Assembly (NCBI GenBank): GCA_964188305.1 | Contig: OZ076890.1 | Reading direction: 5' to 3' (one strand) | Source: Podarcis bocagei | Taxonomy: Eukaryota | DNA: 64,000 bases | In this document: piece after piece, positions 13,976-27,804 of the stretch | How the letters are laid out: every line of letters begins with the position of its first letter | How positions within the stretch are numbered: position 1 is the stretch's first letter | Made by a program: the position numbers and the translations under genes | Notes under the pieces: model-generated | The model's input: the letters and a program-made list of their open reading frames with translations, nothing else | What the model was told of the DNA's origin: nothing | The model's database searches: none

Positions 13976-16900
13976 ATATGAAAATGTTACATTGATACAA
14001 AGTTACTAATATACATTAATCAGTATCAATTAGTTTTCCTTCTGACACACTCTCCTCCTCAGCCTTCTGGTTCTCACCCAGGGTCCAAACAAACTCTCAG
14101 CTCACGCACAAAAATCTCACAACAAGAAAAGTTCCTGCAAACATTGGACATCACCCTAGTCTCTCACACTAGACATGCCTTCTATGGGCAGGCCCAAAGT
14201 GTATGGCACTTCCTCAGGTTGCCCACAGTCATTCAGCTGCACTCTGCACCCTCAATTCCAGGTACAGCAGGTTTGCTGAGTTTCCCAGGGGTCCAGAGGA
14301 TGTGAAAAGGGGCCCCCTCCACTCGCAGCTCTTTCTTCACCCACTATCCTCTTCTTCTTCAGCTGCTTTTTTTAAAAAGACCTCTGCCACTCACACACAT
14401 ACATGCTTCAGTTTTCTTTTCTGAAATGTGGTTGCTGCTTTTTAGCCTAATATGCAAAACTAGATGGTTTCTAAACCTGCCTGAGTTGCTTCTGTGAAGG
14501 AGATAATTGCTGGGGGAGAAATACCTGCAGTTGGAATTGTAGCTTGGTGATGCTAACGAATGATAATAATAGGGTAAAGCAGAGAAAATTATATCCATTT
14601 ACTGAAAACATGAGTGATGCTGTAATGTATAAAAGGATCAGTCATTAAACATGTTCAGTTGTTATATGGAAGGCTGCACCTTTTCAGTAAATGGAATTCT
14701 CATTATGATTCAGAGTGTTTAGAAAACATTTTGAAGATTTAAATGTAAAGCTGGTGAAGTGTTTGAGAAGCTAATAAAAACAGGCCTGCACTTTGGTAGT
14801 TGGCACCGTGCATAGAGCCAGAAATCAGAGTCTATGCAGTTCCTAAGGCCGCAATGAGAAAGTGAAGGAAGGAGCAGGAGCTGATCAGAAGAAAATTATA
14901 CGCCATTTATTTTACTAATTCTACTCAGTCACTTGTAACACCGATCACTTATGTATAGGAGTTGATATGCAAATAAAGATTGACTGTCAGAATAAGTTTA
15001 AGGAAGTGATAATCTTTGGCAGGTTGCATGCTAACTATTCAGGTCTGAAGTTTTGGTTCCTATGGGCAATACCAATTTTGAATGAGTGACTAATATATGC
15101 TTTTGTTTATTCATACAACCCTGAACTGTTTCCTAAAGGTGTGGCTGTTTGCACTGGTTTCTGGCATTCTTTTATTGCATTGGCTTAAAGTGTGAGGACT
15201 AAGGCAGTTTGCGTCAAAGGTCATGAAATGCAGACAGGGAAATGAACTTCTGTTAGAGCTGTGTGATGTTTCTCTGTGCATGAAGCTAGCTGCTCGAAAG
15301 CAGTACTGTAATGTGAATAAACAATATGCAAAACAGGATGCAAAGGATGACTGAAAATTAGATATGTGCATATGATTTGTAACTGAAATTAACTAAAATA
15401 ACTGGTGTAGAACTAGGGCTGCACCATATATTCTCTGCTTTTGATTTGAGGCAAGAACAAGTGGAAATTTCATCTGTAAAATACTTAGGCAGTGTGACTA
15501 TTCCCTATTGTTCAGTCGTGGTCAGCAGTTTTATTTCTCTTGGCTGTTGCTTCTTTCTCCTCCAGGATTACATTGGTGATTCCACTCAGTCAGGGATTCT
15601 GAATAGTGAATGTGATAATGTCACAATGCTAGGTACCCAATCAGATTTTGCTGCATGGTGATGCCATTGAGACAACTGAGGGCAATTTACAAGAATAAGC
15701 AACCATCCCTCCCCACTTACAAGGAGTGCTGAAAAATCATCAGCAAAAGAGGAATTTTTTTACTGCCAAAAATGTTAATGGGAAACAGTAAGTTGCATTG
15801 GCTCAGCTGTACGTGTAGCTGTCCAGAACAGTTTTAAGCAATGAAATGACAATGCAAGTTCATACCTATTTTTCACTGTTGTGCAGAATTATTGGTAGTC
15901 TAATATTCCGCACGAGAGGGTAAATCACAATACCCAACCACCATAACAATTAGACCTGCAGCCACCTGATCTGAATAAGTCTGTAGACTTCAGTGACACT
16001 TGAATAATACCAGGAAAATGGGAAATAGACGAATTGCTGGGTCAGTCTTTTTACTCATTACTATATTTCACATTGGCAGTTTGAAGAACTTCTTTATATA
16101 CATACACATTTCATTTACTTGAGAGACTTACGAGACAGAGGGAATTTTAACTGATTTCATGCTGTATCCCTAATGCACACCTCTTAGAAACTGCTTATAA
16201 ATTATAAAAACAAAGAACGCAATATCTATTGCAAGTATTCAGTCATATCTAACACTACACTTTAATCACTTCAGTTGCAGTTTTGAAGCAGTTGGTTTTT
16301 ACTGCTACAGTATTGCTAAACATAGTAAAATCCCCATTATTTCAATCAACTCAACCTCATTATTTCAATCAATCAACTCATAGTGGGTGGGGAAACCCAA
16401 CCAGATGGGTGGGGTATAAATAATAACAAAAATAATAAAACCTCTTGTTATTTCTTGTCCAATGTGCTTCATTGTCTACAGAACTCTACTTCACTACATT
16501 TGCCTGAATTTTAACATACTGCGTACAGGATTGCCCCCTAATGTTATGGAAGCTTAGACTCACTAAAGTCAAAACTGGATACAGGATTATAGGTGTAATG
16601 TTCTGGATCTGGATGCCCACCACATGTTTTGGAAATATTAGCTGTTGTTGTGCAGTATTCCATTCATCATTCTGTATTTTAAAAGTGACTTTATTCTCCT
16701 CATACTAAGCTCAAAAGATGAGAATAGATCCTTATAAACAAATAGAATTGTATTTGACAGTTTTGGCTTGACTTCCAATACCAAACACTGCTTAGGAATT
16801 AGCAATTTTTGCCTTGTGCCAGCCCATTGCTGATAAAACCTGCCTTTCTAGCCTGTACTACTGGCACCAGAGTCCCAGAACACCTGGAAGGAGGTGCCAC

Positions 16901-18191
16901 TGATTTAAAGGTTTGCACATATTTCCATATCATTTGCAAATTAATTTTTTTTCTGAAAGTGAGTAACACGGAAATGAGCAGTAAACTTGCACTATATTCC
17001 AGTATAGTGCTGGAAATAGCTCAGGAGAGCCTTGGGGGGCATGGAGAGGGGTGCACTAGGTAGAGGAATTACTGAAAATATAGTGTCCTGCCTTGTGCAA
17101 GCAGAAGCACACCTGCTAACACAAAGCCACCACTGGATACAACTCTTTGCATATGTGTGTGTTTTATATGTCTTCACATAAGGGCCGGCTCAAACCATTT
17201 CACTGCTTGAGGCAAAAAGCAAGATCCTGCCCTGCCCCCACCTCACTCATTCCATGTACTGAAGTTTACTTGACTTCAGCACTGGCAATGGGATAGCATC
17301 CTCCTTTGCACCTGAGGGCAGCAGGCTCTGATTCTCCAACAGAGGGGAATTGCCAAGGGTGATGCCAGTGCTACCCGCAGTATCTGCCATCTGAGGCAAT
17401 TGCTGTTGGCTATTTCTCTTAATTTCACCGGGAGCAAATGAGGCCATGACCAATCTTTAGTCCTTTATTTTGTTTCTCCCTGAAAACATAGTGGGAAAGG
17501 AAGTGGATAGATGCCGTTTTGGTGTTAATGAGAGAAAGGCATGTAATAAATAAGCACTTTGTAGAAACACATCTGTATCCATTTATATTAAAAATAGATT
17601 TGCAAATTACAGAACCCTGCCAATTATTTTGCAAGAAAAAAGGTTGCTGTGTAGGGTTTCCCATTCTGTCAAATGGAGTGGAGGAAAAGTCTGTACCACT
17701 AGTTCCATGGAACTACTTTATACAAGTGTGCTTGAGTAAAACATGCATAACCATGGTTCTAGATGGGCACATCACCAGAGCTTGTTGGCTGTTGCTTAAG
17801 ATTTGGCTGAAGTGGGAATTTAAAATTTCCACAATCTGTTTATTGCCAAAACATCTTGGTCTGTTTCCAGAATCTGGCTGCTTTTCCTGTGTCATGCTGG
17901 CAAAAATTTGCTTAGGCTTTTCATCTTAGTTTTTATCTTTCTGCATTCCAGTACGTTCAAAACCAAATATATCACTTTTAAAAAATGTTGTAGCACCATG
18001 AAAGAAACTAGCTTGATTGATGTTGGATTGCCACTATTGTTTTTACAGCACTAGCAAAGTATACGATACTTTATACAACCTAAGAAGATTGATAATAAGG
18101 TCCCACCTCAGAAATTAGTTACATGGATTGGATTGGATGCACTGGATACATATCTACTACCCACAGAATAAAGGACAAATCCGTTTCCATA

Positions 18192-18630
18192 TGTGACTGT
18201 TTCTGCGTTGAGGTTGTGGTCCCCACCTCAACTGTGCTCTTTGCCAGACAGTAGTCTGGGGTTTGTTGGACCAGGTGCAGTGAAACCGTGGGCAGCGTGG
18301 CCAAGGCATGGTGAAGTTGCAATGAACACAGTACAATTTTGGGGGTTAAACAGGCCACAGCTTTATTGATTACAGGTGCCAGCGGCTTTTGGCACACAGG
18401 CATTAGGCATGTATCCTGTGTCAACTAACCTCCCTGCTGGTTGATAATTTGGCAGGGTTAACCCAGGTTAAGGATCATCCTATGGTATACAGCAAATTGG
18501 GATGACCCCTCCAAGATTACCATTTAGGGAGGGCTATGGCACATCAGCCCCCTCCCCCCCCCCCATCTGGGCATCCGGACAGAAGCACCTCATCCTGAAG
18601 ATTTGAAGGAGCCTCAAAGGATAGCCCTGT
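18192..18630 (-). mobile_element. Possible degraded LTR fragment
   Basis: Compositionally distinct block with AATAAA on the minus strand (TTTATT 18362-18367); termini and TSD not resolved. Confidence 0.3.
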
Positions 18631-19094
18631 ATCAATGCTGTTGTGAGTTTTCTGGTTGTGTTTCTGGCATGTTCAGATTAAAATGACCTTGGGGTTCATG
18701 TCAGGAAACGCATTCCAGCTACAACATGGGTTTCCCCACCAATCCTTTTCTGTTTTACATGAAGAACATTGTAACATGCTGATTTTTTTCTAGTGGGTGA
18801 ATTGGACTTAAAAAGAAGGGACATGCTACGTTCCATTTCCCAATTTAAGCTAAATTTTAAAAATAATTTTAAAAATATCTGTTTATTTATATGGGCATAA
18901 ATTGACTTTGTAAACATAGAAACATTAACAGAGTGAGTTTTAATGGTCACAAAAATCATTAGCACTTTCATGGGACAATGAAAAGACATCTGATTTTAAA
19001 ATCCCTCAAGAAAAAAATTTATTTCAAAAGACAGCTATAATAAAAGGCTGCAGCACTGGGATACATTAGCAAACTATGAAAGCAGCTAGTGATG

Positions 19095-19390
19095 TTTATT
19101 ATTGTTATTTATTTAATTTCTATACCGCCCTATACCCAAAGGTCTCAGGGCGGTTAACATAAAATATAAAATACACAAAATCAAAACAAAGCCAGCAACC
19201 CCAAAAGAGCCAGCATTTTTAAACAGGGTCTAGGACGTAGATCAAATCAGGCAAAGGCCTGGTTGAAAAGGAACATTTTTGCCTGGTGCCTAAAGGTGTA
19301 TAATGAAGGTGCCTGACAAACTTCCCTGGGGAGAGTATTCCACAGATGGGGAGCCACTGCAGAGAAGGCCCGTTCTCGTGTTTTATTTTA
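19095..19390 (-). mobile_element. LINE (L2-like) 3' fragment
   Basis: AT-rich tail followed by TATACCGCCCTATACCC...CTCAGGGCGG and degenerate ORF2-like sequence, resembling squamate L2 3' ends. Confidence 0.5.
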
Positions 19391-19632
19391 TATCCCACCT
19401 CAGAGCCTTTTAAAATAAGTGGGCCAGTATAGTGTAGTGGTTAGAGTAACAGACTAGGACCTGAGAGACCAATAAACCTCTTAAAATGTTCCCAAAACAT
19501 GCCCTGTCTCAAGTTTAGGATGATTTGCCCTTCCCTTCTCACATTTTGCAGAGTGGGATGCTTTTTAGGGGGCTTCAGGGCCAGGGGGGATGTGGAACTT
19601 TTTTCACTTCAAGGTAACTCATCTTAAGATAA

Positions 19633-20002
19633 AGGGTGGCACTGTGGTCTAAACCACTGAGTGTCTTGGGCTTGCTGATCAGAAGGTTGGCAGTTCGAAT
19701 CCGTGCAATGGAGTGACCTCCTGTTGCTCTGTTCCAGCTTCTGCCCACCTAGCAGTTCGAAAGCATACCAGTGCAAGCAGATAAATACGTACTGCTGCGA
19801 TGGTAAACAGTGTTTCCATGTGCTCTGACACTTGCCATGATCCTCCATGCGTCAGTAGTGATTTAGTCATGCTGGTCACATGACCCGGAAAGCTGTCTGT
19901 GGACAAACACTGGTTTTCTCGGCCTGAAACGTGAGATGAGTGCCACAACCCCATAGTCGCCTTTGACTGGACTTAACCATTCAGGGGTCCTTTACATTTA
20001 CC
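19633..20002 (+). mobile_element. Sauria SINE (older copy)
   Basis: tRNA-like head GGGTGGCACTGTGG...CAGTTCGAATCC, core CTAGCAGTTCGAAAGCA, tail CAGGGGTCCTTTACATTTACC. Confidence 0.9.
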
Positions 20003-23000
20003 ATTCGAAATCACCTAGAGTTGCATTTTTACAGCTAACTGGCCTTTGCTTTTCTTGAGATTTTGAAGGGAGGGAGTTCCTCAAATGTTGATTTATTCAT
20101 TTTGCAAAACTTTTGTACCACTAAACATCAAAAAACCCAAGCTGGGGGAAGAGGATAAAAACAACGCAACCCTTTCAGGATTCAGCAGAGCGGGAAGACC
20201 TATAGAAAAAGACCTTCTCCATAGTGAGTCCTTGAAATCTGGAATGATCTCCCTAGAAGTACATTTATCCACCCTCATTGTTGGTCTTCATATGTCAGTT
20301 GAAGACATTTTTATTTATCCAGACTTCTACAGTTTTATAATGGGGGATTTACTAGCAGCTGTATGTGAATCAGTGCTTTTTTTAATTAGTTAATATATCG
20401 TTTTACTGTTGTTGTCTTTTACCACGCTTATATATATATATATATATTGCTCTGAGATCCTTTGAAGGATGACTGATTTCTAAATATAATAAATAAATAA
20501 TACAAACAATAGAAAAGTCATAAAAGCACAACAAAACAGATTTCAGACATAGTCAAAATGCTGGTTGTGGACAAATTAACAACAGTGCTAAGCTAGAGAA
20601 GCCCGAGTAAAGGAGAAGGTTTTCAGCAGTAGCCAAAAGTCTGCAATAGTAGGAGCCTGACATATTTCAAAAGGGAAGGCATTCAAAACAAAAAACAAAG
20701 GAAAACCCAATGCTGTAATTTTATTGTCACTGAAGGGAAGCAATTGCACCTGAACTTTCCCTTATCTATTTCCGGAGACTAGCTATGTTAGTCTCCTGCA
20801 GCAAAATGAACAAAACATCCTGAGTTGCTAACCAGTTTTTATCATGGCATGAACTTTAGGGGATTAGAGTATCTAAGGTGGTCTTAAATACTAAGCAGTT
20901 CGGACCAGGATGGCAATGGGCAACTTGAATTAACTCTGTAGTGTTGCATTCAGATCGTCTGCTAATTTGTGGTAGGAATTCCTTTAGGGATGCCTCAAGT
21001 AACCAGCTCGTCACAGTATTACTTTGATTCTCAAATTGTTTTCATTTGCAAATCTAGAAACAGGAAAGTATGATAAAACTTGTCTAGGTGTATCGGCAAC
21101 AACTTTTTGCTGCAAAGTAAGAGAAGAGCTGGTCAGATTTGTCAGTGCCTTTAAAGGGTAAAATGGGAGGCAAAACACTGGCAGACAAGCAGCCAACACC
21201 AAGAGACATTGAACATCTAAAAGCAATGAGACTAACTATCTGCTTTCTGGCACGGTTCCTTTGCCTTTAGTAACTGCATAAGATTTGTGAAACAAAAAAG
21301 AGCTCAAAATTACTTTTTTTGCCACTTCTTCTAACTTGCCACCCTGTTGTTCAGTTCAGCCGCCTACTGTGACAGCATACTCCTGTATGTGTCTATTGGG
21401 ACGTAAATCCACTGGGCTCAATGGCACTTGCTGCCACGTATGTGGGTAGTAGAGGATTGCAGCTTTGGAGAATGACCAGATTAAAAAACAATTAATGGCA
21501 CAGTCAGACTAGAGGATGGTCTGTTTCTCTGTGCTAACTCTTGTAGATTCTTAGACTGTGGGGAAAGATATATTTATAAAACAGTACAAACATAGCTGGC
21601 ATAAAAAGACAACTTGAATGTAATGCCAACATTTTTTGGTATGAATTGCTGATTGTCTAAGGGGCTATATGATACATTCCAATTAGAATATTTGAATTGA
21701 AAACATGATGTGGTTTGTGTGCCTCTTGCCAGCTCACAAGCATTCTGTTATTTAAATCTGATCCACAAAGATGAACCTTCAACTAAAAAGCATCAGCAAG
21801 GAGAAAAATAATAGGAGACGATTAGATTTCTTTATGGCATTTTACAAAAATGATCTGTGTTATGTCTCAAATGCAATAATATAAGCAGTGTCTCTTACCG
21901 TAACTCCTTATTTTGAATACATTTGAACCTCTTTAAACAGGTATTTTTTTATTTTTTGTGTATGTGATTGTATGATATTATTTAAAAGGCTGTACAGCGT
22001 TCAAGTGTCAGCATCTATATAATTATTTTTTCCTTTGACAGTCCAGTATGTCAGAGCTATTGTGGGTGCGTACAACCATTTTCCTCTAAAATGTAAATAC
22101 AAGGGTTATAGCTACAAGTCAAGATTTATTTCAGTATTCCTACCACATGAATTCTCTTAATAAGGCACATTTTGTGACCTTAGTCTTCAGAACTGCTGGC
22201 TGCAACTGTGTGAATCTTAATCATGAAATGGTTTTGGGAAAGTTATTTTTTCTTCTTTGGAGCTTCCTGTCTCTGGGCATATGAGAGTGGTAAACAAATA
22301 TTGCGCCAAATGTTGAGCCACTGCCCTAATTCTAATAACAATAAATCTCCTTGTTTTTGGTTGTGCTGAGCGGTGCTTGCACATTTTGTTTTCACTGAGG
22401 CTTATGAGGATGAGTCGGTGCGCTATCTTGCAGCTGTTTTTGTATTTTACGTTATCACAGAAGCGTAGCTCAGCTTAGCAGGCTCTGTTTATGGCAGCCC
22501 AGGTTACCTCACTGACTCAGTAGCTGACATATTCAGCTTGAGCAATGCTGGCTGCCAGCTCCTTTTGATTTGAGTTTTGATCCACATTTTGGTAAAGTCA
22601 TCTTTTAGCACCAATCTGCCTAGGAAAAACAACTGCTGACCTGCAGTTAAAAATAGGGCCATTATGATTTTTTAAAAAGAAGAATTAGTATTTTGATAGG
22701 GTAGGTAGGATAACATGCAACCTTTTAGTTAAGCATCTTGTACTTCTTTGCAAAGACCTGGGTTCATTTGCAATCAGTTGAACAGTTTTTGTTTTAAGGA
22801 AAAGAAGGAAAACCATGTAATTCAGCAACAGCAACTATCTGCTGAAGTACTTTAAAAATATATATATAGCAAGGTATCATTAACATTTTGCTCATTTTAA
22901 GGAAAATAAAATTGTGCTTGAGAATGTTATGTTCAAGCAGGAGAGTTATTTCAGACTTTTAATGTGAAACAAAGCTATATTTTTCTTTGGGTTTTTATGT

Positions 23001-24165
23001 ATTGTCTTCATCGTTTGCTCCGTGACTATGAAACCCATAGTGATAAGTGCCTCTAACCTTGTTGTGTGACAGAGTTTGAAAGCCAGTCTCAGTAGCTGGC
23101 CATGGAATCCACAGTCTGAGCAGGCCACAAGATTCCAAAGGTCCAGAGGCAGAAAGGGCTTGCAAAGCACACATTTAGACTTGTACAATTAAAGGAGATT
23201 TATCACCATCAGTGGCAATCTTTGGGGTCTCAAATTTCAGCAGGGTGCAACACCAAAATTCAGCGCCCCCAGCCTCTCACACTCTATTCTAAATAACAAT
23301 TGTGCCCCCCAGGCTCTGTGCCCAGTGCAGCCAGACCACTCACATTCTCCTAAATCCACCTCTGTTACCATCACCCTAGCACAACAAATCCACTTTTTTA
23401 AAAATGGACCTTTTGTAGTTAGAAAAGATACACCTTCTCAGAGTATCTTCTTCTTCATAGATGCTTCAAAACAATGAAAACAGGTATTCAAAGTTCACTT
23501 TCTGGAGAATATATTTTGCATGAAAACTATTAACTGTTGAGCTAGTTCTCGTCTGAAAGGATAAACACAGTATAAATGGCTGGAGACTTGAAGATCACTT
23601 TAAGTTCTGGAGGAGCGAACAGGCCTCTTGATGCGAAATCCAGTGTCCGGCTGGAAATAAGGAAGTTAAACTGGTACTAGCACTCTCTGCATGGAAATAG
23701 TAACTCCTCTGCAAGTTAATCTTTCCATCTTCTTGTCAGACATTAATATCATGCAAATATGTCTGAATCATTCTCATGCCTTCCACCCTTCAATAATATT
23801 TTCACAGTAGGCATTACACAGTAACAATAAAGCTGCATAATCCTTTTGTATGGCTATTGTGCTCTTGAGGTGTAGCAGGGCACCCAACAGCATTACATTC
23901 CTCCTGTGCTGTAATTAGTGTCTCCACCCATGCTTATAAGAATTTTATTATCACTGTCTTATAGAAGCAGCTCCGCTTGTAGTCAGAGGCTGCTCTGCTT
24001 CTCCATTAAGAGCTGGTTTTATTTAAAAGCATCAACTAATCCTTAAAAGCATGAGGCTTTTAGCCAAAGACGCTATTCCTAAAATAATTGTTTTATATGG
24101 GATGTTGTTTATTAAAGTTGGCAGTCTTTCCCCCCTCTCTTCTGGTTTTCACCATCCTTCTTAAC

Positions 24166-24648
24166 TGTGATGGGATGATGAGCTGCTTGTGCGTAAAATC
24201 GTAGTCCCTCAGAGTTTGTGCAACTCCACAAACCTCTGTCTGTGACAGAGCTCCTCAGACATGTCTGCTCTAGTCGCTTGCAGATTCCGACAGTGGTTGT
24301 TTTCGGAAGCGCTTCCAGCATAAAAGCTCCTTAACGGAAACACGTCTTCGGGACTCGCGGCGTGACAGCTTCCGGCGAGGAATGGGTCTCCCTATGGGAG
24401 CTTCAGACACTTCCCCACTGTTCTTGCTGGACGTGTCCCTGAGCCCTCCCTCTTGCTCGCTTTCCCTCAGAGATCCACCCCTCTCCCTGCTAGTTCCTGC
24501 TTTAGCTGCTGAGTCTCTCTCAGCCTCCGTGAGACTTTCCTCCAGAGACCCGCCTCTCCCCCTGCTGGTCCCTGCTTCAGCTGTTGAGTCCCTCCCAGCC
24601 TCCGTGAGCCCTTTCCCCACCTGTTCCTCCGATGGCAGTTCCCTGACA
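24166..24648 (-). mobile_element. Solo LTR-like element (probably Gypsy type) with internal ORF
   Basis: TGT...ACA termini; perfect 5-bp TSD TTAAC at 24161-24165 and 24649-24653; ~66-bp internal tandem duplication; minus-strand frame open from 24647 to the stop at 24270. Confidence 0.8.
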
Positions 24649-25691
24649 TTAACCCTCTCTCATATTTGCCATACACATGCCTTTGCACAGCACACAGGGG
24701 TCTCTGCAGGTGAAAGGTCCATTTATTTATTTATTTATTTATTTATTTTTGTTTATGCCTTTCATCAACCCTAGATATCTAAAGTTAGGTAAAAGTAGCC
24801 TTATATCTTATCATGTTTAGTATTGCATTTTAAGCAGTGGTGCCATCTACTAGAGTGATAGTTAATGCTTCAATGCAGCCTTTATGAATTCCACCTCTCC
24901 ACCATGATTCTGGACTACAGACCTTGGTCATATTAATTGTGGATGTACAAGAGAACAAACAGAAGCTCTTAAAAAAACCCCACAGCTACATTGAGCTTCC
25001 TTTCATGTAAGGAAAGCTGAGAAGACGTTCAATGATGGAAGGCTTCTTTTTCTCTAAGGGCCAGAGTTAGGAAGAAATGGAGACATGCTCATAATATTCT
25101 TCTCTGTGGAAAGCAGAAATCCTACAAAGAAAAGAGGGCCGCAGTTTATCATGATGTGGAAAACCCCACATAGTCCTTTCACTTGCAACCAAGAAGCAGA
25201 GTCTCACTTGCACTGTGCTTCCTGACGCGTTTCTAGCATGCAAATCTAGGAAGAGTCACTTTCCTACTTTGCAGGACCTGTCCTACTCTTGAAAGCAGGA
25301 GTTGAGACTACCCTAGGTTTTGGCCTGAAGTTTCAGGCTTTTAGCCTTCAGGGGAATAAGTACATCTCCATGTTGGGTGAGAGTATCAAATAGATAAGCT
25401 TCCCCTTGCCACTGTCCTGCCCCTGTTTGACTTTTGCTCTGCTCAGCCACCCCTTTTCCATAAAGCTCCATCAGGAGGTACCCAGGCATTGTCAAGATCT
25501 TCCCAAGCCAGTTTCCAGCTTCTGTTCCCCTTCCTACAACATCACTCACCTAAAACACCTGTTCTACCAGGTCCCTCTCTGCCAGGCACTACTCTAGTTC
25601 CCAGACTTTGCCCCCCAGTATTTTCAGGATTTGAGTCTCGGGGGATGAGTGGCATTAACAATAATTGTGAGGAAGTATGGTCAGATGAAAA

Positions 25692-26040
25692 GGGACGCGG
25701 GTGGCGCTATGGGTTAAACCACAGAGCCTAGGACTTGCTGATCAGAAGGTCGGTGGTTCAAATCCCCGCAACAGGGTGAGCTCCCATTGCTCGGTCCCAG
25801 CTCCTGCCAACCTAGCAGTTCGAAAGAACGTCAAAGTGCAAGTAGATAAATAGGTATTGTTCCGGCAGGAAGGTAAACGGCGTTTCCGTGTGCTGCTCTG
25901 GTTCGCCAGAAGCAGCTTAGTCATGCTGGCCACATGACCCGGAAGCTGTACGCCGGCTCTCTCAGCCAATAAGGGAGATGAGCACCGCAACCCCAGAGTC
26001 AGTCACGACTGGACCTAATGGTCAGGGGTCCCTTTACCTT
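25692..26040 (+). mobile_element. Sauria SINE, full length
   Basis: GGGACGCGGGTGGCGC...GGTCAGGGGTCCCTTTACCTT; 14-bp TSD TATGGTCAGATGAA at 25676-25689 and 26041-26054. Confidence 0.95.
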
Positions 26041-26958
26041 TATGGTCAGATGAATAAGACTTCAGTAAAAGAATGGGAAGGTGTTGATCTTGAAAGTCAC
26101 TTTAAATTGACAGTTCACGCAGATCTTACATTTTCTGTTGTCACAGTTTAGTACACCAGCTTGCTCGCCACTCACAGGATATACCAAACTGTGTTTTTAC
26201 TGTGCTACCTATTTGTTTTTTATGCATGAATAGCATGAAATAAAGAACTACATATATGTTGACAGAGCAGTATTTTAAAAGTTCATGACTTACCAAGTTC
26301 CTTAAATGATTAGGGAAGCTTCCCTATAGAAGTTGCTGCTGCCTACATTCTGTGAATGACTGGCAAGAGAGAGAGAGAGAGAGAGCAGCTTTTGGGTCTT
26401 TTGGAGCAGTGATCAAGGAGGATAGTATCACCCAGCTGGTATGGTGATTCTGAGAAATGAAACAACCCTGGTACAGAAACGAAACTGTACCCGAAACACA
26501 CACTAATGAGAAAGTAACCAAATGAAAAATGTGTGTTTTTTAATTTAAAACATGCACTTTAATCATCAAAAAGTCACATCCTGGGTCTATAGACTGAGTG
26601 CACATTACACACTGGTCACAGAATAACTGCAAAGCAGACAAAACTGTCATCGATTTTTAGCATCAATAATTGCATACTTCCTCAGATTATTACCTAACAA
26701 TGGTTTAAATAGGTCACACTAAATGAGGTAAGGGCTATTGTGATAACCACAATATGAAAGAAACACATAAACTTTAATATTGTAGATATGATACATTTTC
26801 AGGCACATGGAAGGGTTTTCTTCTTTCCAACAAAATTGCTCACATAAGCAAGAATTAGTCTTGCCATTGCTTCTTCCAATTTCTTTTAAAAAAACATTCA
26901 AAATTAAATTTTGGGGACTGTTTTGTAGTGATACTCTAATTGCTTCAACTACGTAGAG

Positions 26959-27097
26959 CAGAGGTGGAGAACCTGTGGCCCTCCATATGTTGCTGGACTA
27001 CAATTCCCATCATCCCTGACCATTGGCCAAGTTGGCTAGGGCTTGATGGGAGTTAGAGCTAGGGAACACTTGAAGGGTCAGAGGTTTCCCATCTCTA
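26959..27097. mobile_element. Short palindromic hAT-type MITE
   Basis: Same family as 10340-10478 (GGCCCTCCA.ATGTTGCTGGACT...CCCATCATCCCTGACC). Confidence 0.7.
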
Positions 27098-27804
27098 GTC
27101 TAGACATTTCATTCTTGAAGCAACAGTCTACCTAAATTATCAAGTCTTGCTTTTTTAAAAAAAATCATTTTCCAATACAGAGGATTAATATAGATAAGAC
27201 AGATGTCTTATGAAGCTATAAAACCGAGCATGCAAAACAGAGGAATTACACAATCAGCAAAGACTTTTACTTCATAGCTGGAGAACTGGTGGGTGTATGG
27301 CTAGAGAAATGTGGAAGTACAGACTGCAAATATGTAATGCTGCAGGGAACAAAAAGTACATGGAAGGATGGGAGCCTGCAGTAAAGTTGCAGACTAACTA
27401 ATGATGATTGCAGAGACTGAGTCAGATGAGGCACAGATCATTCATAATTTTACCAGACAATGGAGCCTTCATAAAGGCCTGACTAAAGAGGACAAGGGTT
27501 TGGCCCTGTGTGCATTAAGGCTGAGTGTTTTGGTGTTGGTAAAAACCAGCAACGTACTATTTGAACACTGGATTCAAAGTCTGAAAAGTGTATCTAAAGA
27601 CTTGTATTGCAAGGGGGTCGGAGAAAACGAGGATATGAAAACGAGGATATGAAAACAAATATGAAGGGAAGTGGATTGCCTGTTTTTCTTTTCTCTCTCC
27701 CTGCTGGTCTATAAATTCTGCAACCTTGTGGGTGTTCCTCGCTACAGTTTACCAAAGGATGCAATGTTATATTGTAGTACACTTCCCCATTCTTTTTCTA
27801 AGTA

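Noticed and set aside
20770-20870. Possible older Penelope-like remnants here and at ~43790-43855
   Set aside because: Too decayed; no intact hammerhead core or clear boundaries.
23210-23364. Possible hAT MITE (CAGTGG...CCTCTG)
   Set aside because: TIR and TSD too degenerate to call.
25742-25990. Similar ORFs at 19679, 25742, 33053 and 46755 suggesting a small gene family
   Set aside because: All are antisense translations of Sauria SINE copies.
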